Assembly (NCBI GenBank): GCA_022824225.1
Contig: JAJEAH010000042.1
Coordinates: 2,216 to 66,215, forward strand
DNA length: 64,000 nucleotides
From: Chloroflexota bacterium
GTDB taxonomy: Bacteria; Chloroflexota; UBA11872; VXOZ01
Direction: 5' to 3'
Shown here: positions 49,966 through 58,742 of the stretch, piece after piece
Layout: every line of letters starts with the position of its first letter
Position numbering within the stretch: the first letter of the stretch is position 1
The notes under the pieces: generated by a model
What the model was told of the DNA's origin: nothing
Seen by the model: only the letters and a program-made list of their open reading frames with translations
The model's database searches: none
Position numbers and translations under genes: made by a program

Positions 49966-50102
49966 GCATTCGGCTTGGCGTGGGCGCGTGCTGCGCTCGG
50001 TTTGGCGTGGGCGTGTACCGCGTTCGGTTTGGTGTGGGCGCGTGCTTCGCTCGGTTTGGCGTGGGCGCAGGCTGCGTTCGGCGTGGCATGGATGTGCGTT
50101 CC
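49966..50102. repeat. tandem direct repeat, 27-bp unit, five copies (GYTCGGYTTGGCGTGGGCGYGTGCTKC)
   Basis: Read directly. The period of 27 keeps frame, so ORF 49927..50139 translates it as FGLAWARAA x5. It lies between the E-type copy 2 and tRNA-Pro. Confidence 0.75.
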
Positions 50103-50104
50103 CT

Positions 50105-50240
50105 GTCTTATGTCATTCCGACCCTTGCGAGGAATCTAGCGCCCCCGCAACGTGCCGCCCGCTTGGCGCGGCTCCTTAGATTCCTCACTGCGCTGCGCTC
50201 CGTTCGGAATGACATTGGATTAGTCGCTACGTTCGGAATG
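50105..50240. repeat. degenerate E-type hairpin fragments
   Basis: ATGTCATTCCGACCCTTGCGAGGAATCTAG ... TAGATTCCTCACTGCGCTGCGCTCCGTTCGGAATGACAT, plus a further CGGAATGACAT end. Confidence 0.55.
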
Positions 50241-50413
50241 ACATTCGATACTCCCTTCGCGCTACCTCTTCACCCCTCCCCGTCTCCCCGTCTTCTACAA
50301 CATACAAATGACATGAGATTTGGCCCAGCAAGGAGTTCAAGTCCAATTCTGCTAGTTCCCGCTTGGTTCCCTGTTGAGACGCGGGAGCATACTTGCTAGA
50401 ATAGGCATGTAAC

Positions 50414-50490
50414 CGGGGCGTGGCTCAGCCTGGTAGAGCGCAGCGTTCGGGACGCTGAGGCCGGCGGTTCAAATCCGCCCGCCCCGACCA
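50414..50490 (+). tRNA. tRNA-Pro (anticodon CGG)
   Basis: Cloverleaf folded by hand: acceptor CGGGGCG/CGCCCCG (C1-G72), D arm GCTC-AGCCTGGTA-GAGC, anticodon arm CAGCG-TTCGGGA-CGCTG with CGG at positions 34-36, T arm GGCGG-TTCAAAT-CCGCC, discriminator A, encoded CCA. Confidence 0.9.
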
Positions 50491-50622
50491 TTCGTGTAGT
50501 CACCCGCATGGCAGCGGCTGCCGTGCTTGTGGCTGCATTAAGTGTATGCAGGGCAGTTTCGCGTTTGTGCGACGCCGGCGGGCAGCTTAACGCTGCGTGC
50601 GGTCATTTCCGGGAGACGTGGG

Positions 50623-50934
50623 ATGCAACAAGATCCGCGACAAGCGTCGGTAGATAAACTCATCGTCGCCGTGGTGCGGAATGACGACGCGAACAAGATC
50701 GTGGATGAACTCGTGAAGCGGCGCATCGGCAACACGCGCATCAATACGGCCGGCGGCGTCCTCCGTCGCGGCAACGTTACGCTCCTGATCGGCGTGCCCA
50801 CGCATCAGGTGGATGAAGCTTTGGAAGCTATTCGCGAGAACGTGAGCGGCCAGCCCCTTACCGGCAGCGGCCAGACCGGCGACAATCGCGGTGTGGCGTT
50901 CGTCCTGGATGCCGGTCGCTACGTGCGCGTCTGA
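50623..50934 (+). CDS. darA: c-di-AMP receptor DarA/PstA (PII-like, DUF970)
   Basis: DKLIVAVVRNDDANKIVDELVKRRIGNTRINTAGGVLRRGNVTLLIGV aligns closely with B. subtilis DarA ([47 protein letters not shown]). Start chosen at MQQDPRQ. Confidence 0.75.
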   Translation: MQQDPRQASVDKLIVAVVRNDDANKIVDELVKRRIGNTRINTAGGVLRRGNVTLLIGVPTHQVDEALEAIRENVSGQPLTGSGQTGDNRGVAFVLDAGRYVRV

Positions 50935-51363
50935 GAGCCTGACCGCAATCGTCTAGTCTGCCCGATTAACGCGCTCGGCCCAATACAATACGTGGCGGGC
51001 TCAGTGGTTGCTGGCGCCAATGCAAGTGCGCGAATAGCCGTTCACGCTGTGACAGGCCGGCACTGAGCTTGTCGAAGTGCCCAGCACGAACGGTCTCCAC
51101 CGGCTTTTGTGGACTCCCTCTAAGCAGGTCGCAAACAGTCTCTCAGATTGCGGCCGGCCCGCGTAGGCGTTTAATGGCGAGGCGCCGGTCGTTTGCGGTG
51201 GGTAATCGCTCACCCCGGAGTCCGAGCCGGCGGCGGGCCTGATCGGCGCGACAATACTGTCTATTGAGCGGGTCGCCAACCGGTTCCGTCCGTCTAGGCC
51301 CCGGCCTCACCCACTGCCGTCGCAACGTTGCCGGACTCGCGGCAGCCGTTCACTCCGCGATCA

Positions 51364-51500
51364 GTAGGCTACAACTTAGTCTGCACAGGCATGAGTGTCA
51401 ACGCAAACGGCTGCGCCTCGATATGTCATTCTGAGGAGTGCAGCGACGAAGAATCTAGAGTCGGGGGCATACTAGATTCCTCGCTGCACTCGGAATGACA
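51364..51500 (+). mobile_element. E-type hairpin (MITE-like) element, copy 3
   Basis: Leader AGTAGGCTACAAC...GAGTGTCAACGCAAACGGCTGC, then TGTCATTCTGAGGAGTGCAGCGACGAAGAATCTAGAGTCGGGGGCATACTAGATTCC...CACTCGGAATGACA. Same orientation as copies 1 and 2. Confidence 0.6.
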
Positions 51501-51774
51501 TGATATCTAGCACAGCAAGGAGACCAAGTCTAAATCTACTAATTCCCGTTCACTCGGGCCTTGTCTACGGACTATCGGCGGCAGACTAGCGCGCCACATC
51601 ACCAAGCATGCTTGCCCCCCAGCGATAGGTCCGGCATGTGCGGGCCCGCCGTGTGCGTCATGTCCTCGTTATACGTCACTCCGGTAGATCCGGCGTGCCC
51701 GTATTCCGCGGCAGCAAATGTCAGGGAATGTGCGCCGCCGCACAGGCGCAAGCCGACAGCATGGTAGAGGGCCG

Positions 51775-52206
51775 TCAGACGCCGGTGCTGCCGAAACCCC
51801 CGCGATCGTCGCCATCGAAGCTCGTCACTTCCTGCCACACCACGCGGGGAACCGGCGTCAACAGCCCTTGAGCGACGCGCTCGCCGCGCGCTACGGTAAC
51901 CGGCGCGTCGGTAACGTTGTGGAAGAGCGCCTGCACCTCATCCCCGTCTCCGCAGTAGTCCCGGTCGATGATGCCGATGCCGTTGGCTTTCACCAAGCCC
52001 TTGCGCAGGGGGGTGCTGCTGCGGCTGGCCACGATGAGGGCGTAGCCGGAAGGGACCTCGATGACGACGTTGAGGGGCACGAGCGCGGTTTCACGGGGCG
52101 CAATCGTCACGTTCACCCGAGCGCACAAGTCGAAGGCAACCGCGCCGTCCGTGACATAGCGCGGCAGCGGGAGCGTGGGATCGACGCGGCGAATGCGCAC
52201 ATTCAT
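51775..52206 (-). CDS. dut: dUTP diphosphatase
   Basis: GAVAFDL, VASRSS (PRSGL-equivalent), IGIIDRDYCGD, ARGERVAQ and GGFGSTG map onto the five dUTPase motifs. Start chosen at MNVRIRRV. Confidence 0.85.
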   Translation of the reverse strand: MNVRIRRVDPTLPLPRYVTDGAVAFDLCARVNVTIAPRETALVPLNVVIEVPSGYALIVASRSSTPLRKGLVKANGIGIIDRDYCGDGDEVQALFHNVTDAPVTVARGERVAQGLLTPVPRVVWQEVTSFDGDDRGGFGSTGV

Positions 52207-52223
52207 CTTGAGCCTTCCCCACA

Positions 52224-52652
52224 CTAGGAGAATGACTGGCGGAGCAACGCCAGCCATTCCAAGAAGTAGCCCCATTCCGCGTCATAGGGCGTCACCGTGA
52301 TCCCCCGGTCTTGAACGGGAACACTGGTGCGTTCCAGCCGCTGTTGGGCGCTATTCGCTTCCAGGGGCAGCAGCACCAACTCTTCGCCGGGCTCTACCAG
52401 GCCCAACCGTTCTTTCGCCACCATGCGGACGTATGCCGTTGTGCCCCGGCGGGCGAGCTCTTGCTGCAGGGCAGCGTTCTCCTCCTCCCGCACCGCCAGG
52501 CGTTGTTCGAGCACCAGCACCCGTTGGTTGACTTCATAGCTGTTCAGCACACGCGCCGGAATTGCCGCCAGCGTGCCCGCGATGACCAGACCAGCCACCA
52601 CGAGCACGTACTTCGGTACGCGCGCCGGGGTCTCTTTCTTCGGTAAGCGCAT
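52224..52652 (-). CDS. septum formation initiator (FtsB/DivIC family)
   Basis: N-terminal TM, coiled coil (ENAALQQELARR), then VAKERLGLVEPGEELV, matching the FtsB-family C-terminal motif. Confidence 0.7.
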   Translation of the reverse strand: MRLPKKETPARVPKYVLVVAGLVIAGTLAAIPARVLNSYEVNQRVLVLEQRLAVREEENAALQQELARRGTTAYVRMVAKERLGLVEPGEELVLLPLEANSAQQRLERTSVPVQDRGITVTPYDAEWGYFLEWLALLRQSFS

Positions 52653-53159
52653 GGTCTACGAGCCCACAGAGTAGGTTGGAAGTGTCCTTGCGTGCTCTGG
52701 CGGACTGGCCCATACGAACGATGCCCCGCACCGGCCCAGCCCTCCGCCAGACTTCGGGAGGGAGCGCTCCGGTGTTCCCGCCCAGTGTAACGGGACAGCA
52801 AGCGGCACATGCCGGGGCCCGCCGCCGCGGGAGCCCTGGCGAGCCCGCCTCGATCCGGCCCGCAGCAGACGGCGCCGCCAGGCAGAAACAGTTAGTTGAG
52901 CAGCGCGGACGTGCCGGAGAAGCATAGCGCCAACCTCCTGCCCTGCTAAATGGTTTAAACGCCAGAGCGGCAGGTAGTTTCGGCTAGCAGTGTCAGTCTA
53001 CCATACGGCGGCGGACTTCACGCTCCCGCAGCCAAAGTGCGAGAGTTCCCGCAGCCCATCAAGTGGCACAGGGACATGGTATGCCTACGCTCGCCGGCAA
53101 CAGTCCGTTGCGGCGGATCAGCCACCAGCGGCGGGCGGGATCCTGCGCGCGCCAAGCCT

Positions 53160-54038
53160 TCAGTCACGTTCCGGCGTCGCGTACTGCTGCTCCCAGGCGC
53201 GAAACCGGTCAACGTCTACGCACTGGGTAAATTCTTCGAGTGTGGTCATGTCGGTAACGCTTGCCGTCGTGCCGTCTGCTTTCAGCGCGGCGTACACGTG
53301 CTGCATGGCGCGGGCCGCGGCAAAGAGACTCGATAGGGGGTACACCACGATCTTGAAGCCGATCTCCGCCAGCGCGTCGGGCGACAGCACCGGCGTCTTG
53401 CCGCCCTCGATCATATTGGCGAAGAGCGGCGCATGGGGAAAGGCTTTGGCGATGGCGTGCAATTCGTCCATGGACTGCGGCGCTTCGATGAAGACCACGT
53501 CAGCGCCGGCCTCGTAGTAAGCCTGACCGCGCGTGATGGCTTCGTCCAAGCCGAGCACTGCCCGGGAGTCGGTGCGGGCGATGATGACCAGGCCGGAATC
53601 GCCCCGGGCGTCCACGGCGGCGCGCAGCTTCTGCACGTGGTCCTCCATGGGTATCACCCGCTTGCCTTCCAGGTGGCCGCACTTCTTCGGCCACTCCTGG
53701 TCTTCCAGGATGATGCCGGCCACGCCCAGCCCCACGCACTCGTTGACGGTGCGGATGACGTTGAGCGGGTTGCCGTAGCCGGTATCCATGTCCGCGACGA
53801 GCGGCACGTTCACGCTGTTCACGATGTCGTGCACGCGGTCCAGAATCTCGCTGGCCGTCATCAGACCCAGGTCCGGCACGCCCAGGGCGCTGGCGGCGAA
53901 CCCAAAGCCGGTGGTGAAGACGGTCTCGAAACCGGCCTGCTCGGCAAGCCGGGCGCTCAGACAGTCGTAAGCGCCGGGCAGCACCACGATGCCCGGCCTC
54001 TCCATCAGCGCCCGCAGTTGGGCGGATCGTTCGTTCAT
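53160..54038 (-). CDS. isocitrate lyase/PEP mutase family protein (2-methylisocitrate lyase-like)
   Basis: 292 aa. VVLPGAYDCLSAR, the catalytic KKCGH loop and the IARTDS motif belong to the ICL/PEPM family. Confidence 0.75.
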   Translation of the reverse strand: MNERSAQLRALMERPGIVVLPGAYDCLSARLAEQAGFETVFTTGFGFAASALGVPDLGLMTASEILDRVHDIVNSVNVPLVADMDTGYGNPLNVIRTVNECVGLGVAGIILEDQEWPKKCGHLEGKRVIPMEDHVQKLRAAVDARGDSGLVIIARTDSRAVLGLDEAITRGQAYYEAGADVVFIEAPQSMDELHAIAKAFPHAPLFANMIEGGKTPVLSPDALAEIGFKIVVYPLSSLFAAARAMQHVYAALKADGTTASVTDMTTLEEFTQCVDVDRFRAWEQQYATPERD

Positions 54039-54306
54039 GGCGCGATCTCCTTCCTCTACCTCGATGCGACTCTAATTGCGCGTTGCTTCATCCTCCCATT
54101 AATTGTAGCCGCAGCGGGCGCAGGTTACCGGCGGGAGGGCCTGAAACGGCTCAAACCCACGCTGGTCTTGACGATTCGCAGTAGAATTACATAGTCTAGT
54201 ACGCAAGCAATGCTCCACAGGCGGAAGGAGGCGAGTAACTGCCCGGACGACCGACGTAAGGAGCGCGAACGTTTCCCAGACCTGTTTCACTTTAGGAGGA
54301 CGCAGA

Positions 54307-55716
54307 GTGGAGATTCGAGAGCAACTTACCCGACGCGGACTTTTGGCCGGTGTCGGCGCGGTGTCCCTCGGCGGCATCATGTTCGCGGCGTGCGGCCAGG
54401 CGGCCACCATGCCGGCGGAAGAGATGGCCGAGGAAGAGATGCCCAAGGCGGAGGAAGAAGAACCCGCCATGGCCGAGGCTGTAGAGGTGGCGTGGCTTAC
54501 CCACCACAATAGCCGCCAGTTGGACAACGTGGACACGCTGGTCAAAGAGCCGTTCGAGGCTGAGAATGCCGGCATTACGCTGAAGTGGATCATTTGGACC
54601 GGCGACCGCCGCGAGTTTCTGCAGACGCTCGTGGCCGGCGGCCAGGCCCCCGACGTGTCTTGGCTCACCGACCCGGCGCTTACGGCCCTGGGCGCGGTGG
54701 AAGCCATCGACGACCGGGTGGCCAAGGACCAGATCGACCTGAGCCCCTTCCCCGAAGCGGCCATGGACGCGTGGTTCCGGCGCGACGGCAAGCTCTTTGC
54801 GCTGCCGAACCAGTCCGGCGGCGACTGGCCCGTGGCCCCGACGAACAAGCGCATGTATGAGGAAATCGGCCTGAATCTGCCGCCCACCGATTGGACGGAC
54901 CCCGATTGGGACTTCGACCGCTTCACCTCTGAAATGAAGCTGCTGACCAAAGAAGAGGGCGGACAGCCTACACAATTCGGTCTGCTGGGCGCGAGCCCGG
55001 TCTACCTGTTCATCGACTGGCCGAACCTCTTCGATACGGAATGGATCGCCGACGACAACCGCACGGTGGTCTCGGACGATCCGGCGTTGGTGGACGCATA
55101 CGAGCAATTCTTCACCATGGCAATCCAGGACCGCTCCGTGGACAAGCCCGGCCAGGTGAACGACCTCTTCGGCACCAACGTCAGAACGGCGTTCGTCGAG
55201 GAACGCGGCGCCATGCTGCGCAGCGCGCCCGGCGGCTTCTTCATGGTGCTGGAGGCTATCCAGCGCGGCGCGCCGTTCGTCTTCAGCCCCATCGTGCGCG
55301 GCACCAGCGCGCAGCCGGTCTCGCACCTGAACCTGGACGGCAATGGCATCATCATCGGCGCCAAGCAGCCGGACGCCGGTTGGGAACTCATCAAGTGGGG
55401 CAGCCGCACCATCAACTGGGCGATCTCACGCGGCACGGGCTTCCACCGCGTGGACTTCTTCGACGAATGGGCGGAGAACATCTACGGCGACAAGGCCTTC
55501 CAAAGCGAGGTGCGCCTGGAGGTCTACCGCGACGCGCTGCAGTACGCAGTCCCCGCGGGCCGGGCGTTCCGTTCCGCATCGTATAACCAGGTGCGCGATC
55601 AACTCGTCAGGCCCATCTTCGCGGACCTGTTCGAGGGCAAGGTGACTGTCCAAGAGGCCCTGCGCGGCATGAAGCAGCCCATGCAGGCCCTGGTGGACGA
55701 GGCGCTGTCGCAGTAA
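54307..55716 (+). CDS. ABC transporter substrate-binding lipoprotein (family 1 SBP) with TAT signal
   Basis: TRRGLLAGVGAVSLGGIMFAACG (twin-arginine plus lipobox), then an acidic linker and an SBP body collinear with 45819..47246. Confidence 0.75.
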   Translation: MEIREQLTRRGLLAGVGAVSLGGIMFAACGQAATMPAEEMAEEEMPKAEEEEPAMAEAVEVAWLTHHNSRQLDNVDTLVKEPFEAENAGITLKWIIWTGDRREFLQTLVAGGQAPDVSWLTDPALTALGAVEAIDDRVAKDQIDLSPFPEAAMDAWFRRDGKLFALPNQSGGDWPVAPTNKRMYEEIGLNLPPTDWTDPDWDFDRFTSEMKLLTKEEGGQPTQFGLLGASPVYLFIDWPNLFDTEWIADDNRTVVSDDPALVDAYEQFFTMAIQDRSVDKPGQVNDLFGTNVRTAFVEERGAMLRSAPGGFFMVLEAIQRGAPFVFSPIVRGTSAQPVSHLNLDGNGIIIGAKQPDAGWELIKWGSRTINWAISRGTGFHRVDFFDEWAENIYGDKAFQSEVRLEVYRDALQYAVPAGRAFRSASYNQVRDQLVRPIFADLFEGKVTVQEALRGMKQPMQALVDEALSQ

Positions 55717-56076
55717 CGCGCACACCCACCCTCGCTGCTTGAGCGAGGACTATCGGCAAAGAGCCGGCCCCTGAGGGGCCGGCTCTTTCCTCTTGCGCCC
55801 CGCCCCAGCGGGCGCTGCTGACGACCGTGCGCCGGGCGGGCAAGTCGGGCGGTGAGTGCGCTATAGTGTAGGAACGTCCTTAGCGGTCGTTTTCTATCGT
55901 TCTGACTACACAAGATTCGTTTGCCCGGAGCGCAGACGGCTTTGCGGGCTCCCTCTCAGAAGATCGTAAACAGGTTCTGAGCAATACGCACCTCACTCAG
56001 ATCGCATAGCGGCATCAAGCTGAAATCTCTCACACGTCTGACTCTGTTCGGACCCACCTATGCACTCCGCCGCCCG

Positions 56077-56727
56077 GTGCGGCCCGCGCTTGTGCGCGCG
56101 CTGGCGGCGGCGGTTTGCGCAGTCGCGCTCACAACGTGCGGTACCATAGCGCCACGTCCCGCCGCGTCGCCGACGCCGGAACCGTCGCCCACCACGGCAT
56201 TGAGTCCCGCGACACCCCGATCAGGCCCCACGCCGCCGCCGACGGCAACTCCGGTACCTCAGCAAGCAACCGCCTCGCCGCAACCGGCCACGCCCGTACC
56301 CTCGCCGCCGGCGACGTCCACACCCACACCCCGGCCCGTACCAACCATGCGGCCCGCGCCCACCCCCGTGCCTACTGCCACGCCCACACCGGCGCCGTCA
56401 CCCACGCCAAACATCCCGGAAGCGGCCCTGGTCGGGCTGTGGGAGGGCGCCATCCATCTGCTGGGCAACGTGGTGCCGGTGAGCGTCGCGTTTCAGATCG
56501 AGGACGGCGAGTTGCGGGGCACGCTAGACGTTTCATCGCGGCAGATCAAGAGCCTCCCCATCACCGCCGAGCTCGCGCCCGACGGCACGTACCGGTTCAC
56601 GATCCCGCAGCCGGAATCCGACATTGTGTTTTCCGGCACGCTGTCGGGCAACGTGGTTGCGGGCACGTTCCGCCACGGCATATTCTGGGGCTCGTATAGC
56701 CTGGAACGCGTGACGCCACGCGACTGA
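56077..56727 (+). CDS. hypothetical lipoprotein with Pro/Thr-rich linker
   Basis: Signal peptide with lipobox LTTCG, a roughly 110-aa P/T/A-rich low-complexity stretch and a roughly 100-aa C-terminal beta-rich domain. Confidence 0.5.
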   Translation: MRPALVRALAAAVCAVALTTCGTIAPRPAASPTPEPSPTTALSPATPRSGPTPPPTATPVPQQATASPQPATPVPSPPATSTPTPRPVPTMRPAPTPVPTATPTPAPSPTPNIPEAALVGLWEGAIHLLGNVVPVSVAFQIEDGELRGTLDVSSRQIKSLPITAELAPDGTYRFTIPQPESDIVFSGTLSGNVVAGTFRHGIFWGSYSLERVTPRD

Positions 56728-56887
56728 CCGGGTTGCCGCGCGAGAAAACGAGCTAGCCGCGAGGGGTGATCCTGACGTTGCCGTCGCGCCGGACAGCAAA
56801 TACGCCCCACGGCGCGAATGCAACCGGTAGCACGCCGGATAGCAGAAACAGACCGCGGCGGCCTGCCCGCTAGCTAACCCGCGCCGG

Positions 56888-57652
56888 CTATTCGCCCTTG
56901 AACTCCGGCTCCCGCTTCTCCACGAAGGCCCGCAAGCCCTCCGCCGCGTCGGCCGAGCCGCGCACCCGTTCGAACAGCTCACCCGCCAGGTTCACCCGCT
57001 CCGCCAGGTCCAGGTTTTGGCCCCGGACCGACGCCTCTTTCATGCCCCGGGTGGCCAGCGGCGCGTTCCGCACGATGGCGCGCGCGTACTCATCCGCCGT
57101 CGCGGCCAATTCCTCCAACGGCACGACCTTATTCACCAGGTGCAGGCGATGCGCCTCCGCCGCGCTGATGAATTCACCCGTGAACAGGTACTCCAGCGCG
57201 TAATTCAGCGGGATGCGATTGGCGAGCATGGAGGGACCGCTGATGGAGCTGATGCCGCGTTTGGCCTGCGGCCAGCCGAACTGCGCGGTCTCGGCGGCAA
57301 TCCGGATGTCGGACGCGAGAGCAATGCCGCCGCCCTGGGCCAGGCAAAAGCCGTTGATGGCAGCAATGATGGGCTTCCAGATGCGCGTCTGGGTAACGTA
57401 GAGGTCCTCGATGCTCGTGCCCGGCGGCTCGTCGCCCGACGGCCCGCCCATTTCCTGCAAGTCGTGACCCACGGAAAACGCCCGCCCCGTGCCGGTGACG
57501 ATGGCTACCCAGGCATCCTCCCGCGCGGCAAAATCCGCAAAGATGCGAAAGAGGTCTTCGCGCATGGCGCGGTTGATGGCATTGAGCTTGTCGGGACGGT
57601 TGAGCGTGATCTTGGCGATCTTGTCGGTGACGGTGTAATCGATGAATGACAA
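56888..57652 (-). CDS. enoyl-CoA hydratase/isomerase (crotonase) family protein
   Basis: ITLNRPDKLNAI, AIVTGTGRAFSVGHDL and AAINGFCLAQGGGIALASD are the canonical crotonase oxyanion-hole blocks. Confidence 0.8.
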   Translation of the reverse strand: MSFIDYTVTDKIAKITLNRPDKLNAINRAMREDLFRIFADFAAREDAWVAIVTGTGRAFSVGHDLQEMGGPSGDEPPGTSIEDLYVTQTRIWKPIIAAINGFCLAQGGGIALASDIRIAAETAQFGWPQAKRGISSISGPSMLANRIPLNYALEYLFTGEFISAAEAHRLHLVNKVVPLEELAATADEYARAIVRNAPLATRGMKEASVRGQNLDLAERVNLAGELFERVRGSADAAEGLRAFVEKREPEFKGE

Positions 57653-57744
57653 CGCAATTCCCTTTCGTTAACGCTTGTTCTGAACATTACTTGCCTGCCT
57701 GAAGCCGGATTGGTCGGCGCGGCATCGGGTATTCACTGGCGCAC

Positions 57745-57777
57745 CGTAGGGGCACGACATGTCGTGCCCCCTACGGT
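57745..57777. repeat. C-type palindrome copy (GTAGGGGCACGACATGTCGTGCCCCCTAC)
   Basis: Near-perfect palindrome in the intergenic region between the crotonase gene and higA. Confidence 0.8.
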
Positions 57778-57933
57778 GCGGGCGTTCAGCCAACGTCCCG
57801 CGATTCATCGGGCGTGACACCAAAATCCGCTTAGCACACAGCCCGCGTTCTCCGGAGCGCGACAGTTGCCACTACGCGTGCGCGAAGGTGACCAAGCCGG
57901 TGATGGGTTTTGAGGCATGGGTTTGCGTTGCCT

Positions 57934-58224
57934 CTACCCGCGCGCGGAAGCAACCAGCGGTTCGATGCCGCTCACGTCGGCAGTTGCCCGGGCAACGTCC
58001 AGGTCGTACATCCGCTGGAGGTTCAGCCAATAATCGGGCGTCATGGCCAGCGCTTTGCCGATGCGCAGCGCCGTATCCGCCGTGATGGCGCGGCGGCCGT
58101 GAACGATCTGGTTTATACGTATCGGCGCCACGCCAATTGCCTTGGCCAGGCGATACTGGCTGATGCCAAGTTCGTCGAGCATCTCTGCCAGATGCTCACC
58201 GGGATGGATTGGGTCTGTCCTCAT
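57934..58224 (-). CDS. higA: HigA-family antitoxin (XRE-type HTH)
   Basis: IHPGEHLAEMLDELGISQYRLAKAIGVAPIRINQIVHGRRAITADTALRIGKALAMTPDYWLNLQ is collinear with E. coli HigA. Start chosen at MRTDPIHPGE. Confidence 0.75.
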   Translation of the reverse strand: MRTDPIHPGEHLAEMLDELGISQYRLAKAIGVAPIRINQIVHGRRAITADTALRIGKALAMTPDYWLNLQRMYDLDVARATADVSGIEPLVASARG

Positions 58225-58238
58225 GCTCCGGCCACCCG

Positions 58239-58520
58239 TTAGGTGTGATAATCGGTGACTTCGATCTCCATCGCGCCTTGGTCCGTCCAACGAAAGCACA
58301 CGCGCCATTGGTCGTTGATGCGGATGCTGTGCTGACCCTTACGCGGTCCTTTGAGCGCTCTCAACCGGTGTGAGGGCGGCACGCGCAAGTCGGACAGTGC
58401 CGTGGCCGCTACCACGCGTTGCAGCCGCATTCGCGCCCGCCGTTGTATGTTCTGTGGCAAGTGGCGTACGAACTGGCCGCGAAAGACGCGCTCAGTGTTC
58501 GTATCCGAGAATTGCTTCAC
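58239..58520 (-). CDS. higB: HigB-family toxin (RelE/ParE superfamily, plasmid maintenance system killer)
   Basis: 93 aa. The C-terminal GQHSIRINDQWRVCFRWTDQGAMEIEVTDYH matches HigB (..WSITVRANWRITFQF.NGDAYILNYEDYH). It is toxin-first, 14 bp upstream of higA. Confidence 0.75.
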   Translation of the reverse strand: MKQFSDTNTERVFRGQFVRHLPQNIQRRARMRLQRVVAATALSDLRVPPSHRLRALKGPRKGQHSIRINDQWRVCFRWTDQGAMEIEVTDYHT

Positions 58521-58639
58521 GCCTGCATATTATCGTGTGACGATAATATATGTCAAACTACACAGGTTCGTGGACGTTGCTTTGCGCCCGGCCCGCACGG
58601 CGGCAATTGGCCGCAGCCGGTCAATAGGGCATGGAACAT

Positions 58640-58682
58640 AGGGGCACGTCAGGCGTAGGGGCACGGCATGCCGTGCCCCTAC
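58640..58682. repeat. C-type palindrome copy plus half-copy
   Basis: ATAGGGGCACGTCAGGCGTAGGGGCACGGCATGCCGTGCCCCTACGCC, upstream of higB. Confidence 0.8.
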
Positions 58683-58742
58683 GCCTTAGCCTCTTCGCCA
58701 GCCGTTGCCGGGGCAATGGTCTTCTTCACCGCACCCGTTGCG

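Noticed and set aside
49927-50139. 70-aa ORF translating the 27-bp tandem repeat as a protein-coding gene
   Set aside because: No start context or RBS is evident. It is composed almost entirely of the repeat and lies between mobile-like elements. It is kept as a finding but not called as a CDS.
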